A stretch of DNA of 64,000 nucleotides from NCBI GenBank assembly GCA_050950765.1, contig JBMNIF010000002.1, positions 896,001 to 960,000 on the forward strand, given 5' to 3'. The stretch is from Bdellovibrionota bacterium (GTDB lineage Bacteria; Bdellovibrionota_C; UBA2361; JAAYZI01). This document shows positions 1 through 9,714 of this stretch, one piece after another (position 1 is the first letter of the stretch; each line of letters opens with the position of its first letter). Below the pieces are notes generated by a model. That model saw nothing but the letters and a program-made list of their open reading frames with translations, did no database searches and was not told the DNA's origin. A program made the translations under genes and the position numbers.

Positions 1-74
1 AAGTATTTTTCTGAGGCATGTTTTAATTCTCTAAGGGTTCCAACGCGTGGAAATCCGACAATTGATGTTTTCAT
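1..74 (-). CDS. metE: 5' end of cobalamin-independent methionine synthase (runs off the window)
   Basis: Manual translation from ATG at 74: MKTSIVGFPRVGTLRELKHASEKY, matching the MetE N-terminal G(F/Y)PRxGxxRELK motif. Not in the ORF track. Confidence 0.85.
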   Translation of the reverse strand, partial: MKTSIVGFPRVGTLRELKHASEKY

Positions 75-330
75 GGGAATTTGTCCTTTTAATTTATAGT
101 GCTATTTTTCGCCATAGGGTAACGTCTATTTTTTATGCAATTACATAGGCTATTGGTTTTTATAAATAATTTTACGTAATTTACTATTTAAAATAGTATT
201 AATAGCTAACTATACTTACAAAGCAGTGATGTGGTGGATAGTGCCACCCATTAAAAATACCGCCTCCAACCTACTCGATTAGGATACAGCACTGCAAGTT
301 GATTTTTTATATGGTCTTTTAGAGGAGGTA

Positions 331-795
331 AAAAAGAAGGGTGACACCAGAGCCAGTCCAACCGTAAAAGTCCTAACAAACAGCCCTGCTTTACTGAAGG
401 GTGGCACCAGCGCCAAAGCCACCAAAGCCAAAGCCAAAGCCAAAGGCAGCAGATCAGCTCAAACTGAAGGGTGGCACCAGAGCTACAGTCTCAAGATCTG
501 GCAGAACCGTCCAAACTGAAGGGTGGCACCAGAGCAAACCAACCGCTCGAAGTCTTCAAGAAGGCAAAAAAAGAAGGGTGGCACCAGTACAAATCAACAG
601 ATCCGACCAGTTCTAACCAGAAAGAGAAGCCAGAGAAAAGAAGGGTGGCACCAAATTCGGTTCCAACAGGCACCGAAATCAGGCAGATCCGTCCAAACTG
701 AAGGGTGGCACCAGTGCAAACCAAACTCCCAGAGTCTTCAAGAAGGTAAAAAAAGAAGGGTGGCACCAAAGCCCAAGCTAGCAAAGTAGTAAAAA
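331..795 (+). repeat. GAAGGGTGGCACCA repeat array 1, left part (8 cores)
   Basis: GGTGNCACC cores at 340 (GGTGACACC), 400, 470, 522, 577, 644, 704 and 759, separated by A/C-rich, partly reused spacers. Confidence 0.95.
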
Positions 796-2623
796 CCTGA
801 ATTCCCGCGAAATTATACCATACAAACGTGTTTTTAAAGGTAGCTTTCGAGCGGTATAATCTTACTTTTTCTTAAAAATACTTTTTAGAAAGTCATCTTC
901 TTCAATATTGAAAATTTTCAAAATATCCTTTTGTTTTTTTGTTAACGGAACCATTAATTTACTGCCATTTTTAGTTTCTATAACTTTAATTTTTTGAAGC
1001 TCTTTAATGACATCAGGTATATTAAACTTTTTTTGCCTTGTATCATTTTTAAGTAAATTAAGAATATAACTTCTAAGTATAAGAGCTAAAAATCCAACAA
1101 AAAGTTTTCCTTCTGTGGTTTGAAGATTATGTGTTTTAAGTCTTCTAAAATCAATTTCATTTTTTAGCTGGAAAAATTGTTTTTCAATTACATCTTTTTG
1201 ACGATAACGAAAAAGTGCTTCACTCGGATTTGAATCACAACCAATACCAATCAAAATTAAGAAGCCACAATTTCTCAAGTATTCATCTATAGCTTCTGAT
1301 TTTTTTTCATAAGTGAAACCATCTTCATTTATTTTAATATCAAAATATTTCCTATATTTTTTACGATCCAGCAAAGAGTATTTTAATTTTTTCAGTTCTT
1401 CTAACTCTTCTTCCATTCTAGAAATTTTCTCGTAAAATTGAACTATCTCATATGGCGCCTTTCCCATATTGTAATAAACATAAATCTTTACAGGTTGTCC
1501 CATAACAGTATCTATTACAGAACAACCAAAAGTAGAGGTTCCTTTTATATAATTAGCATCTTGCTTAATAAGTGCAGTGTGATTTTCTAATATTCTTTTA
1601 GCGTCATTCCAATATAGTGGCAAAGGACAAAGTAGTCCAAACTTTTGCCCTTCTTCATTTGCTACTTCCGCTAAATTATCTTGCGTCACAAAACCTTGAT
1701 CCGTAACAAGGTTAATACGATTATTAAGACTAATAAATGGAAAGTCTCTTAAAAGAAAACTAAAATATGTCTTATCTGTAATGCTGCCATTATAAACTTG
1801 ATAGAATAAAGGAAGCTTCGTTGTAGAGCCGTAGCACATACCTATATTTATTTGCGGCAATTTATCCATATCCCTATTATAGCCAAACTCCAATATGCTT
1901 ATTTTTTTACTATAAGAAGATATGGAAGTTACGTCATAATACCAACATTCTTGAGCTAAATATCGCTTCGTCCATTTCTTAAAAAAATTAAGTCTTTTCT
2001 CGTAGTCAATACGTTCAAAAAGACGACTTATTTTTTGACTTGTTAATTCAGAAATTTCATATGGTAAGACACTATCATCTATCCAACTTGAAGCATGTGA
2101 TACTACATTTCCATTTGCTAGAATATAAAACGCTAAAGTTAAAATCTCGTATGTGTCATTTCCAAAAATTGAAAGCAATGTCTTGTCTAACCTTAAATCT
2201 TTTACAATCTTATTTAAAACATAAGTAAGACCAAAAGATTTATTGCTAATAACATATCTATTAGAATCATCTGGAAACAAATCATAGTAATTTCTATTAG
2301 GAATTAATTTCTTACCGCTTTCATCTAGCTTCCCTATACCTATTTCATCAAACGTAGGCTCTCCGTTTTCACGACGAAAGTTCATCCTGTAATAGATATA
2401 AGTAGTCCCATTTTTGTTTTTCTTACGAGCAATTTGCCTATCTGGTAAGTCAACTTTTTTAGTTATTTTTTTCATAAAAAACCTCCCTAATATGTATAGG
2501 GCAATCATACCATACAAACAGGAAATGTCAATATAGAAAAATATATAACTAACTAAAATATCAATAAAAAATACGGTGGCTTATTTCTGGAATGGAGAAA
2601 AGATAAAAATTGCGGAATTTAGG
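796..2623 (-). mobile_element. IS1634-like insertion sequence
   Basis: Imperfect TIRs CCTGAATTCCCGC (796) and GCGGAATTTAGG (ends 2623); 6-bp TSD TAAAAA at 790-795 and 2624-2629; single DDE transposase. Confidence 0.88.
862..2475 (-). CDS. IS1634-family DDE transposase
   Basis: Motifs YYDVTSISSYS, FGYNRD, QINIG, YNGSITD, LVTDQGF, YRQKDVIEKQF and GKLFVGFLALIL. Start placed at the ATG at 2475 behind a GGAGG RBS (track ORF starts at 2517). Confidence 0.9.
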   Translation of the reverse strand: MKKITKKVDLPDRQIARKKNKNGTTYIYYRMNFRRENGEPTFDEIGIGKLDESGKKLIPNRNYYDLFPDDSNRYVISNKSFGLTYVLNKIVKDLRLDKTLLSIFGNDTYEILTLAFYILANGNVVSHASSWIDDSVLPYEISELTSQKISRLFERIDYEKRLNFFKKWTKRYLAQECWYYDVTSISSYSKKISILEFGYNRDMDKLPQINIGMCYGSTTKLPLFYQVYNGSITDKTYFSFLLRDFPFISLNNRINLVTDQGFVTQDNLAEVANEEGQKFGLLCPLPLYWNDAKRILENHTALIKQDANYIKGTSTFGCSVIDTVMGQPVKIYVYYNMGKAPYEIVQFYEKISRMEEELEELKKLKYSLLDRKKYRKYFDIKINEDGFTYEKKSEAIDEYLRNCGFLILIGIGCDSNPSEALFRYRQKDVIEKQFFQLKNEIDFRRLKTHNLQTTEGKLFVGFLALILRSYILNLLKNDTRQKKFNIPDVIKELQKIKVIETKNGSKLMVPLTKKQKDILKIFNIEEDDFLKSIFKKK

Positions 2624-2796
2624 TAAAAAAGAAGGGTGGCACCAGAGCTACAGCCCCAAGATTTGGCAGATCCGCCCAAACTGAAGGGTGGCACCAAATT
2701 CGACCAGCCCAAATCCGCCAGTCCAAACCAAAGCTAAAGCCAGCAGATCAACCTAAACTGAAGGGTGGCACCAAATTCGACTCCCCAAATTCGACT
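2624..2796 (+). repeat. GAAGGGTGGCACCA repeat array 1, right part (3 cores)
   Basis: Cores at 2635, 2687 and 2764; the array ends at the motB stop codon. Confidence 0.95.
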
Positions 2797-3907
2797 ACTC
2801 TTCGTCTATATCGGCTGTCGGTGTGGGAGATTCGATGGTGGCTGCTGTATTTGCTTCGGCGGTGTCTATATCTACATCCGCACCCTCTGTTTCTTCAGAG
2901 GTGTGTGTATTTACGGAGGTGCCTATATCAGCACCATTAGAAGTGTTTGTATTCGAAAATTTTTCTTTAATTTCTTCTACGGGGATGCGGCGCTCCTCTC
3001 CAAAACGCATCTTTATTGCGATGCGGCGGTTTGCTATGGCGTACGGATCGTCCACCACACGCGGATATTTATCCGCCCGTCCTATCACCCCGACGATGCG
3101 CTCTTCTGGAATATTTGCTTCTAATAATAAACGTCGTGCAGCATTTGCCCTGTCAGTTGATAGCTCCCAGTTTGAATATCCTCCGCTTAAACCGCTATTG
3201 TAAGGATGGGCATCTGTATGACCGAGGATATCTATCTTGTTAGGGAATGGAACTAACTGAGCTGCTACCCGTAAGAAAGCCTCTTTTGCTTTTGGATTGA
3301 TAACAGCACTTCCACTTTCAAACATGGAGTACTCTTCAGTATCCATAATCTCCATGACCAGACCATCAGCTTCAACCTGTATCTCAAATTTGCCTAAAGC
3401 GTTTTTCAATTCCGGAATATCTACAAGTTGTGTATTTATTGAGTGTGCTAACTTAGTGAAGTTACGCTTTTCATTTGTCCCACCTTCACCGTCTTCTTCT
3501 GCGGAATCAATATCTTCATCGCCCTCTTTTAAAGGAGAAGCTCCCTTTGATTTAAAAAAGCCATCTTCTCCATCTGTTTTTGCGCTATCTTCAGCCTTTG
3601 AACTTTTCTCAAACGCCATCCCTCCTCCCCCTGGAAGGTTATGAACTGAAAACGGTCTGTCTAAAATACCTGTGTGACCTGGAAGAAGACTTCCGCCAGA
3701 GTTTTCAGCAAATATCCCTGGATCATTGAAGTATTTGGCGATGCCAGTTTTTGTGGCAGAGTCAGCGCTGTTAACAAGCCACATCACAAGAAAGAATGCC
3801 ATCATGGCGGTCATGAAGTCAGCATACGCTACCTTCCAAGCGCCACCATGATGTCCGGCATGACCGCCTTTCTTTTTAATAATTATGATTGGCTTTTCGT
3901 CCGCCAT
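2795..3907 (-). CDS. motB: Flagellar motor stator protein MotB
   Basis: HHGGAWKVAYADFMTAMMAFFLVMWL transmembrane motif; OmpA-like domain GHTD...NWELSTDRA...NRRI. Confidence 0.95.
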   Translation of the reverse strand: MADEKPIIIIKKKGGHAGHHGGAWKVAYADFMTAMMAFFLVMWLVNSADSATKTGIAKYFNDPGIFAENSGGSLLPGHTGILDRPFSVHNLPGGGGMAFEKSSKAEDSAKTDGEDGFFKSKGASPLKEGDEDIDSAEEDGEGGTNEKRNFTKLAHSINTQLVDIPELKNALGKFEIQVEADGLVMEIMDTEEYSMFESGSAVINPKAKEAFLRVAAQLVPFPNKIDILGHTDAHPYNSGLSGGYSNWELSTDRANAARRLLLEANIPEERIVGVIGRADKYPRVVDDPYAIANRRIAIKMRFGEERRIPVEEIKEKFSNTNTSNGADIGTSVNTHTSEETEGADVDIDTAEANTAATIESPTPTADIDEE

Positions 3908-3921
3908 CTCTTCCCATTAAC

Positions 3922-4797
3922 TTATTCTTTCTTAACACTCTTTGCGTCTTTTATAATCTGTTCTAATTCCTCAGCTGTCGGACGCATATCTGAAGGAATC
4001 GTTTTTCTTGAAAATTCGAGCGCTACTTGTGGTGGGGAACCACCGGCAAAGGCTACAAGCCCGATCTGTACAGTCTTTAAGATATTGGTAGATTCTTTAA
4101 CGTTATTCTCCATCTTTGAACCGATGGGCGAAACGAAACCGTATCCGAGTAAGATACCAAGTAACGTTCCAACCAGAGCAGCTGCCACGTGGTGTCCGAT
4201 CGCTTCAGGTCCTTCATTCAAAGCTTGCATGGTAATGATAATACCAAGCACGGCAGCTACAATACCGAGAGCAGGGAATCCGTCAGCAAATTTCTGAATG
4301 ACCGCGGGATAGATCGACTCTTCTTCGTGATGAGTTTCAATCTCTGTATCAAGAAGCCTCTCAAGTTCAAAAGCATTGACCACGCCATCGACAAACATTC
4401 TTAGAGCACCGACTAAAGTTTCCATCAGATGATGGTTGTTTGAAGCCGCAGGATATGTTTTAAAGCGTGGACTATCTTTCGGATTTGCCAAGTCGTTTTC
4501 AATACCAAGCACACCTTCTCTCCTCATCGTATCAAAGATACTTGCCATCAAGCCTAATAGATCGAGGTATGTTTTCTTATTGATACCACTCCCTTTTACT
4601 GCACCAAGTACAGCAGGAATAAGCCTTTTTAGAATGTTCCCCGGATTACCAATAATAACGGTAAAAAACGAACATCCGGCGATAACGACAAATTCGTACG
4701 GTTGTAGCAATACTCCCAAGAGTTTTGTTCCACCCGGACCAGCCAATCCGATAATGACGCAACACAATACGCCTAGGCACCCTATTATTACACCCAT
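3922..4797 (-). CDS. motA: Flagellar motor stator protein MotA
   Basis: ADGFPALGIVAAVLGII and AAALVGTLLGILLGYGF motifs; directly upstream of motB. Confidence 0.95.
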   Translation of the reverse strand: MGVIIGCLGVLCCVIIGLAGPGGTKLLGVLLQPYEFVVIAGCSFFTVIIGNPGNILKRLIPAVLGAVKGSGINKKTYLDLLGLMASIFDTMRREGVLGIENDLANPKDSPRFKTYPAASNNHHLMETLVGALRMFVDGVVNAFELERLLDTEIETHHEEESIYPAVIQKFADGFPALGIVAAVLGIIITMQALNEGPEAIGHHVAAALVGTLLGILLGYGFVSPIGSKMENNVKESTNILKTVQIGLVAFAGGSPPQVALEFSRKTIPSDMRPTAEELEQIIKDAKSVKKE

Positions 4798-4860
4798 AGC
4801 ATTAATCCTTTGTGATTATCACTTCCTATGGGTAATAGTCGGCGCCGTAAAAATATTACT

Positions 4861-5493
4861 TTACGAGAATTTTAATATTCCGAAATCTTTAAGGTTATGG
4901 AAGGTTTTGGAGCTCATTTTACGTAGACTCCAGAGGGTCGGTTCTGTCGCATCATAATCGATTCTTGTGATATTTATACGCCAAAACGTGCCCACCTGTG
5001 GTGGTATTTCAGCTAAACCCGTCATTAAACAAAATGGAATAAAAAATTCAGCAGCCCAGTTTTTATCTCTATTTAAACAATGAATTCTATGTTCAATTTT
5101 ACGCTCATTTTCATAATGCCACGGACGCCACCCCATAAATTCGCCGTTATATTGCGGTACGAGAAGGACTAATTCCTTATTTTTGGGCGATATCTCATAC
5201 TCTAAATATAACGGTATGTCACAGTTTGGTTGTAAAAAAACTTCAACGACATCCTCTTTGTAAAGGTCATCAAAATCTTGTGTAGCGCTACTACAAGAGA
5301 GCTTCTTATCTTCACATGAAATAAGAAAATAGATGCCATCATCGGACCAAACAGCTTTAAATTCAGTGTTATAATCTAAAGTTCCTGCCGATCTGGTTAG
5401 TTTTGTCCAATTAAGAGAATTCCACGGTTTTATCGCATCATCTGCGTTGATAGAAAATGTTGCTACATGTTTTATGATCAGATCTTGCGCCAT
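4861..5493 (-). CDS. Carbohydrate-binding family 9-like (DOMON-like) protein
   Basis: TEFKAVWSDDGIYF, DLYKEDVVEVF, YLEYEISP, WAAEFFIPF and WRINITRID pattern. Confidence 0.75.
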   Translation of the reverse strand: MAQDLIIKHVATFSINADDAIKPWNSLNWTKLTRSAGTLDYNTEFKAVWSDDGIYFLISCEDKKLSCSSATQDFDDLYKEDVVEVFLQPNCDIPLYLEYEISPKNKELVLLVPQYNGEFMGWRPWHYENERKIEHRIHCLNRDKNWAAEFFIPFCLMTGLAEIPPQVGTFWRINITRIDYDATEPTLWSLRKMSSKTFHNLKDFGILKFS

Positions 5494-5968
5494 CTATAGA
5501 CTCCCTAACGTTAGATATGTTAAGCGTGACACGGTGCTGCTTTTTCGCGATGGGTTTTTATCATGAAATAAAACGCAACTATTAGGGAATGGGTGTTTTT
5601 TTCAAACAGCGTTTGTCTCTTTGTCTTGAAATGCTCTTATTGCCATTATTCGGGGTGACGTGCAATATTATTGGGGTAAGATAGCTCCGAACTTCGTAAG
5701 GGTGTTTATAGAAGTATTTAAATGGTAGATTCAATCTTTCTTCCTCTTTAGCGCTTTTTAAGGAGGGAGAAAGGTAAAAAGTGTCTGTGTAGTTGTTGTT
5801 CTTGGAGCGTTTGAAGGTGTTTGTGATTAAAGCTCTAGGAGCTTTAATAATTTGTTGTAAAAAAAGAGAATATTTTCTGTATTCTATAGCATCTACTAAT
5901 TTGTCATGATAGCGCTGATGGCAGTTGCTTTCATGAAAGTGACTCTATAACAAATATTTTAGGAGTAA

Positions 5969-6268
5969 GTGCTCGTGAATAAATCTGAGTTAATGGAAAG
6001 GTTGGCGGAAAAGTGCGGTATTAATATTATGCAAGCTGAAGATGTGGTAAATCTTATCTATCGCAAGATGAGAGATACCCTTGTTAGCGGCGGACGTATT
6101 GAAATTCGCGGCTTTGGAAGTTTTGTTGTTAAGGAATATAAAGCTTATCAGGGACGCAATCCGAAGACTGGTGCAAAGATCTCCGTCCCGAATAAAAAAC
6201 TTCCGTTCTTTAAAGTTGGTAAAGAGCTTAAGGAGCGCATCGACACTATAGATGAGCCAGGGGCGTGA
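5969..6268 (+). CDS. ihfB: Integration host factor beta / HU-family DNA-binding protein
   Basis: NKSEL...GRIEIRGFGSF...GRNPKTG...PFFKVGKELKERI; true start probably the GTG at 5975. Confidence 0.85.
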   Translation: MLVNKSELMERLAEKCGINIMQAEDVVNLIYRKMRDTLVSGGRIEIRGFGSFVVKEYKAYQGRNPKTGAKISVPNKKLPFFKVGKELKERIDTIDEPGA

Positions 6269-6325
6269 ATTTCTTAATAGGCTACTTCGTTTTTTATTAT
6301 AGTTACCTGTTTTCTAGGGCATAAA

Positions 6326-6706
6326 ATGTCGATTGATTGGTTATGGGATTTAGATAGGGCCGTTGAAGGTGGAAGAGTTTACTATGGATGCCAGAGTGTT
6401 GGCAGAAATCAGTGGGCTATCGCAAGGTCTGTAGATGAATTAAGGGCAATTGCAAAACGTGCTGCAGACCACAAGAGGCTCCCTGTCGATATTGTTAGAA
6501 TTGTCTCTCCGCATGAGACTATTGCAGGAGATCTCTACCTCGTTCCGATTGACGTGGGAGACCCTGGACATCGCGGAGAGCCAAATGTTAAATGGACCTG
6601 TGTTGAAACCAGAGAAGCCGCAGATATGATGAAAGATGTTAGAAAGGGTCCATCTCCTATTTTTGGGATTCAGATAGAAGAGACAATAGATCCAACAGCT
6701 GTATAA
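6326..6706 (+). CDS. Hypothetical protein
   Basis: 126-aa ORF with normal composition downstream of ihfB; no family recognised. Confidence 0.7.
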   Translation: MSIDWLWDLDRAVEGGRVYYGCQSVGRNQWAIARSVDELRAIAKRAADHKRLPVDIVRIVSPHETIAGDLYLVPIDVGDPGHRGEPNVKWTCVETREAADMMKDVRKGPSPIFGIQIEETIDPTAV

Positions 6707-6712
6707 GTTGTT

Positions 6713-6855
6713 TTTTAAGAGTCTGTTGTAGTTGTAGGTGTGACTATTCTTATAACCGGTTGGCTGGCGAAGGTTCTTCCGACGTTGCCGCCGGTTTTTA
6801 AATATAATTCCTTAGGAATCGACACGTCACAGATGCAGCCCCTTCCGTAAAAGTC
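6713..6855 (-). repeat. Diverged duplicate of the 3' end of the YjeF-N-like gene
   Basis: Aligns to 7952-8088 with about 9 transitions and one 6-bp in-frame insertion. Confidence 0.92.
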
Positions 6856-7960
6856 CTAACAAGCAGCCCTGCTACTGAAGGGTGGCACCAGTACAAATCA
6901 ACAGATCCGACCAGTTCTAACCAGAAAGAGAAGCCAGAGAAAAGAAGGGTGGCACCAAAGCCAAAGCTGCAGCAAAGTAGTAAAAAAGAAGGGTGGCACC
7001 AAACCCAAACCAAAGCCAAAGCTGCAGCAAAGTAGTAAAAAAGAAGGGTGGCACCAAACCCAAACCAAAGCCAAAGCTGCAGCAAAGTAGAAAAAAGAAG
7101 GGTGGCACCAAAGCCAAACCACCAAAGCCGAAGCCAAAACCAAAGCCAGCAAAGTAGTAAAAAAGAAGGGTGGCACCAAACCCAAACCAAAGCCAAAGCC
7201 GAAAAAAGGAGGGTGGCACCAGTTTTAAGCCAGATCTAGGCACCGCAAAAGTCCTGACAAGCAGCCCTGCTACTGAAGGGTGGCACCAAAGCCAAACCAG
7301 TTTTTCAAGAAGGTAAAAAAGAAGGGTGGCACCAAACCCAAACCACAGCAAAGTAGAAAAAAGAAGGGTGGCACCAGTTTTAAGCCAGATCTAGGCACCG
7401 CAAAAGTCCTGACAAGCAGCCCTGCTACTGAAGGGTGGCACCAAAGCCAAACCAGTTTTTCAAGAAGGTAAAAAAGAAGGGTGGCACCAAACCCAAACCA
7501 CAGCAAAGTAGAAAAAAGAAGGGTGGCACCAGTTTTAAGCCAGATCTAGGCACCGCAAAAGTCCTGACAAGCAGCCCTGCTACTGAAGGGTGGCACCAAA
7601 GCCAAACCAGTTTTTCAAGAAGGTAAAAAAGAAGGGTGGCACCAAACCCAAACCACAGCAAAGTAGAAAAAAGAAGGGTGGCACCAGTTTTAACCACCAG
7701 TACAAATCAACAGATCCGACCAGTTCTAACCAGAAAGAGAAGCCAGAGAAAAGAAGGGTGCACCAAAGCTGCAGCCCCAAAGCAAAAGCCAAAGCTCGCA
7801 AAGTAGCAAAAAAGAAGGGTGGCACCAAAGCCGAACCAAAGCCGAACCAAAGCCGAAGCACCAAAGCCGAAGCCGACTGGTGGGTGGCACCAAACCCAAA
7901 CCAAAGACAAAGCCAGCAAAAAAGAAGGGTGGCACCAGTTTTAAGAGCCAGTTTTAAGAG
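6845..7960 (+). repeat. GAAGGGTGGCACCA repeat array 2 (about 20 cores)
   Basis: Cores from 6881 to 7928; includes a 155-bp higher-order unit repeated three times (cores 7212/7367/7522/7677); one core is GGTGCACC. Confidence 0.95.
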
Positions 7961-8733
7961 TCTGTTGTGGGTGTGACTATTCTTATAACCGGTTGGCTGG
8001 CGAAGGCTCTTCCGACGTCGCCGCCGGTTTTTAAATATAATTCCTTAGGGATCGACACGTCACAGATATAGTTCCTTCCGCAAAAGTCGTTTCCTATAAG
8101 TAAGCCATTTAAAGGTATACCGAGTGAAAGGGTTGAGGAGGCGTAAAGCGTTGTAGCGGCGTGAGCCCCCGTATCAGGTGCTAAACCGAACGGACACTGC
8201 ACACAGTGGACAGGGGTCTGTAAAGTATTTAATGTTTCAATAATATGCTTTTCAAGATCTGTGGCTGTACGATCTAGATCGGAAAGCCCGCAAAGTACAT
8301 TATGCGAATCCTTAAGATACTCTGCTAAGGGCGGTAGACCCGCACTCTCTTCAACAGTTATTACCTCCACTCCCTGCTTTGTTAAGATCTTTAATTGTGA
8401 TTGAAGTTGTGCGGAAAGTGTCTCAGCACTTTTTATATGTAGAACAGAAACAGAAGCTCCAGCATTAAAGAGGTGTCGTAAGGCAGCTAGGATAACCCAA
8501 CTGGAGAGATTGTCGTTGATAATACCAACAGAATACGCTCCTTCAGCGCTATACGCCAGCGCTGCTCTAACAACCATAGCCAAAGAAAAAGAAGCAGATT
8601 CAGTTATCTGAGTATAAGAAAGCCCGTAAGTTGTCGTTAGCGCAGTTAAAATGCTCTGATATGTCGCATAAGATACCGTCGGGATCTGAAGATTAGCCTC
8701 ATCTATAAAAAAATTGTTTGTCGTCTCTTGCAT
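7954..8733 (-). CDS. YjeF N-terminal (NAD(P)HX epimerase-like) domain protein, degenerate active site
   Basis: Fold landmarks ESASFSLA, ALRHL, CPFGLAPDTG, STLSLGIPLNGL and CGRNYICDVSIP; the GNNGGDG motif is absent. Confidence 0.7.
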   Translation of the reverse strand: MQETTNNFFIDEANLQIPTVSYATYQSILTALTTTYGLSYTQITESASFSLAMVVRAALAYSAEGAYSVGIINDNLSSWVILAALRHLFNAGASVSVLHIKSAETLSAQLQSQLKILTKQGVEVITVEESAGLPPLAEYLKDSHNVLCGLSDLDRTATDLEKHIIETLNTLQTPVHCVQCPFGLAPDTGAHAATTLYASSTLSLGIPLNGLLIGNDFCGRNYICDVSIPKELYLKTGGDVGRAFASQPVIRIVTPTTDS

Positions 8734-8754
8734 GATCTATCCTTATTATTTCAA

Positions 8755-8952
8755 TTACAAAAAAGAGGGATTAAAGTTGTCGTTTGTAACAACCATAGCC
8801 AGAGAAAAAGAAGCGGATTCAGTTATCTGAGTATAAGAAAGCTCATAAGTTGTCGTTAGCGCAGTTAAAATGCTCTGATATGTCGCATAAGATACCGTCG
8901 GGATCGAAAGATTAGCCTCATCTATAAAAAAAGTGTTTGTCGTCTCTTGCAT
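8755..8952 (-). pseudogene. Truncated tandem copy of the 5' end of the YjeF-N-like gene
   Basis: 219-bp period duplication (about 8568-8786 vs 8787-9005) including the RBS; first 55 aa nearly identical. Confidence 0.9.
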
Positions 8953-9117
8953 GATCTATCCTTATTATTTCAATTACAAGAAAGAGGGGTTATAGTTAAA
9001 AGTCGCTGTTTGTAATACTGCAAAATTTAAGGCTTTCGCTAATGTCAGAATATCTGCAATTGAGATATTGCAAAACAGGTAAAAAACGATTGTAGATTTG
9101 ACTGTAAAGATGGCATA

Positions 9118-9651
9118 GCCTAGCGTGCATATTATACGTAATTATAAGCGATATTTTTGTGATTGTGAAAAAGGCTGAATATGAATAAGCAACCGACAGT
9201 GGCGATTTCCGGTACTACGGGAGTAATCGGCAGTGAGATAGTTTCTATTATTAATGATATGCAGCTTCCCCTCGGGGAGGTGCGCTTACTGGGATCTAAA
9301 AACTCAGTAGGAGAGGTGTATGATGTGCTCGATGATGAGGTTAAAGTTAATCTCTTAGAGAGTGAAAGCTTTGAAGGGGTGAATGCCTAGCGTGCATATT
9401 ATACGTAATTATAAGCGATATTTTTGTGATTGTGAAAAAGGCTGAATATGAATAAGCAACCAACGGTGGCGATTTCCGGTGCTACGGGAGTAATCGGCAG
9501 TGAGATAGTTTCTATTATTAATGATATGCAGCTTCCCCTCGGGGAGGTGCGCTTACTGGGATCTAAAAACTCAGTAGGAGAGGTGTATGATGTGCTCGAT
9601 GATGAGGTTAAAGTTAATCTCTTAGAGAGTGAAAGCTTTGAAGGGGTGAAT
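9118..9651 (+). repeat. Two extra 267-bp tandem copies of the upstream region and 5' end of the asd-like gene
   Basis: Unit starts at 9118, 9385 and 9652; 69-aa ORFs at 9181 and 9448 repeat the N-terminus of the ORF at 9715; a few SNPs separate the copies. Confidence 0.95.
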
Positions 9652-9714
9652 GCCTAGCGTGCATATTATACATAATTATAAGCGATATTTTTGTGATTGT
9701 GAAAAAGGCTGAAT

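Noticed and set aside
75..330. SAM or cobalamin riboswitch upstream of metE
   Set aside because: No recognisable consensus by eye; an Rfam scan would be needed to exclude it.
2795..4797. Zorya-type ZorAB defence motor
   Set aside because: The sequences are canonical MotA/MotB; MotA has no long tail and there are no zorC/D/E neighbours.
331..7960. CRISPR array
   Set aside because: The conserved part is only ~14 bp, spacers are reused, low-complexity and variable in length, and there are no cas genes in the window.
401..7976. Short ORFs inside the arrays (WCHP, GATL, KKGGT peptides)
   Set aside because: They occur in several frames on both strands as by-products of the repeats, with no RBS or consistent frame.
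6713..8088. DGR template/variable repeat pair
   Set aside because: Mismatches are transitions in both directions, not adenine-specific, and no reverse transcriptase is present.
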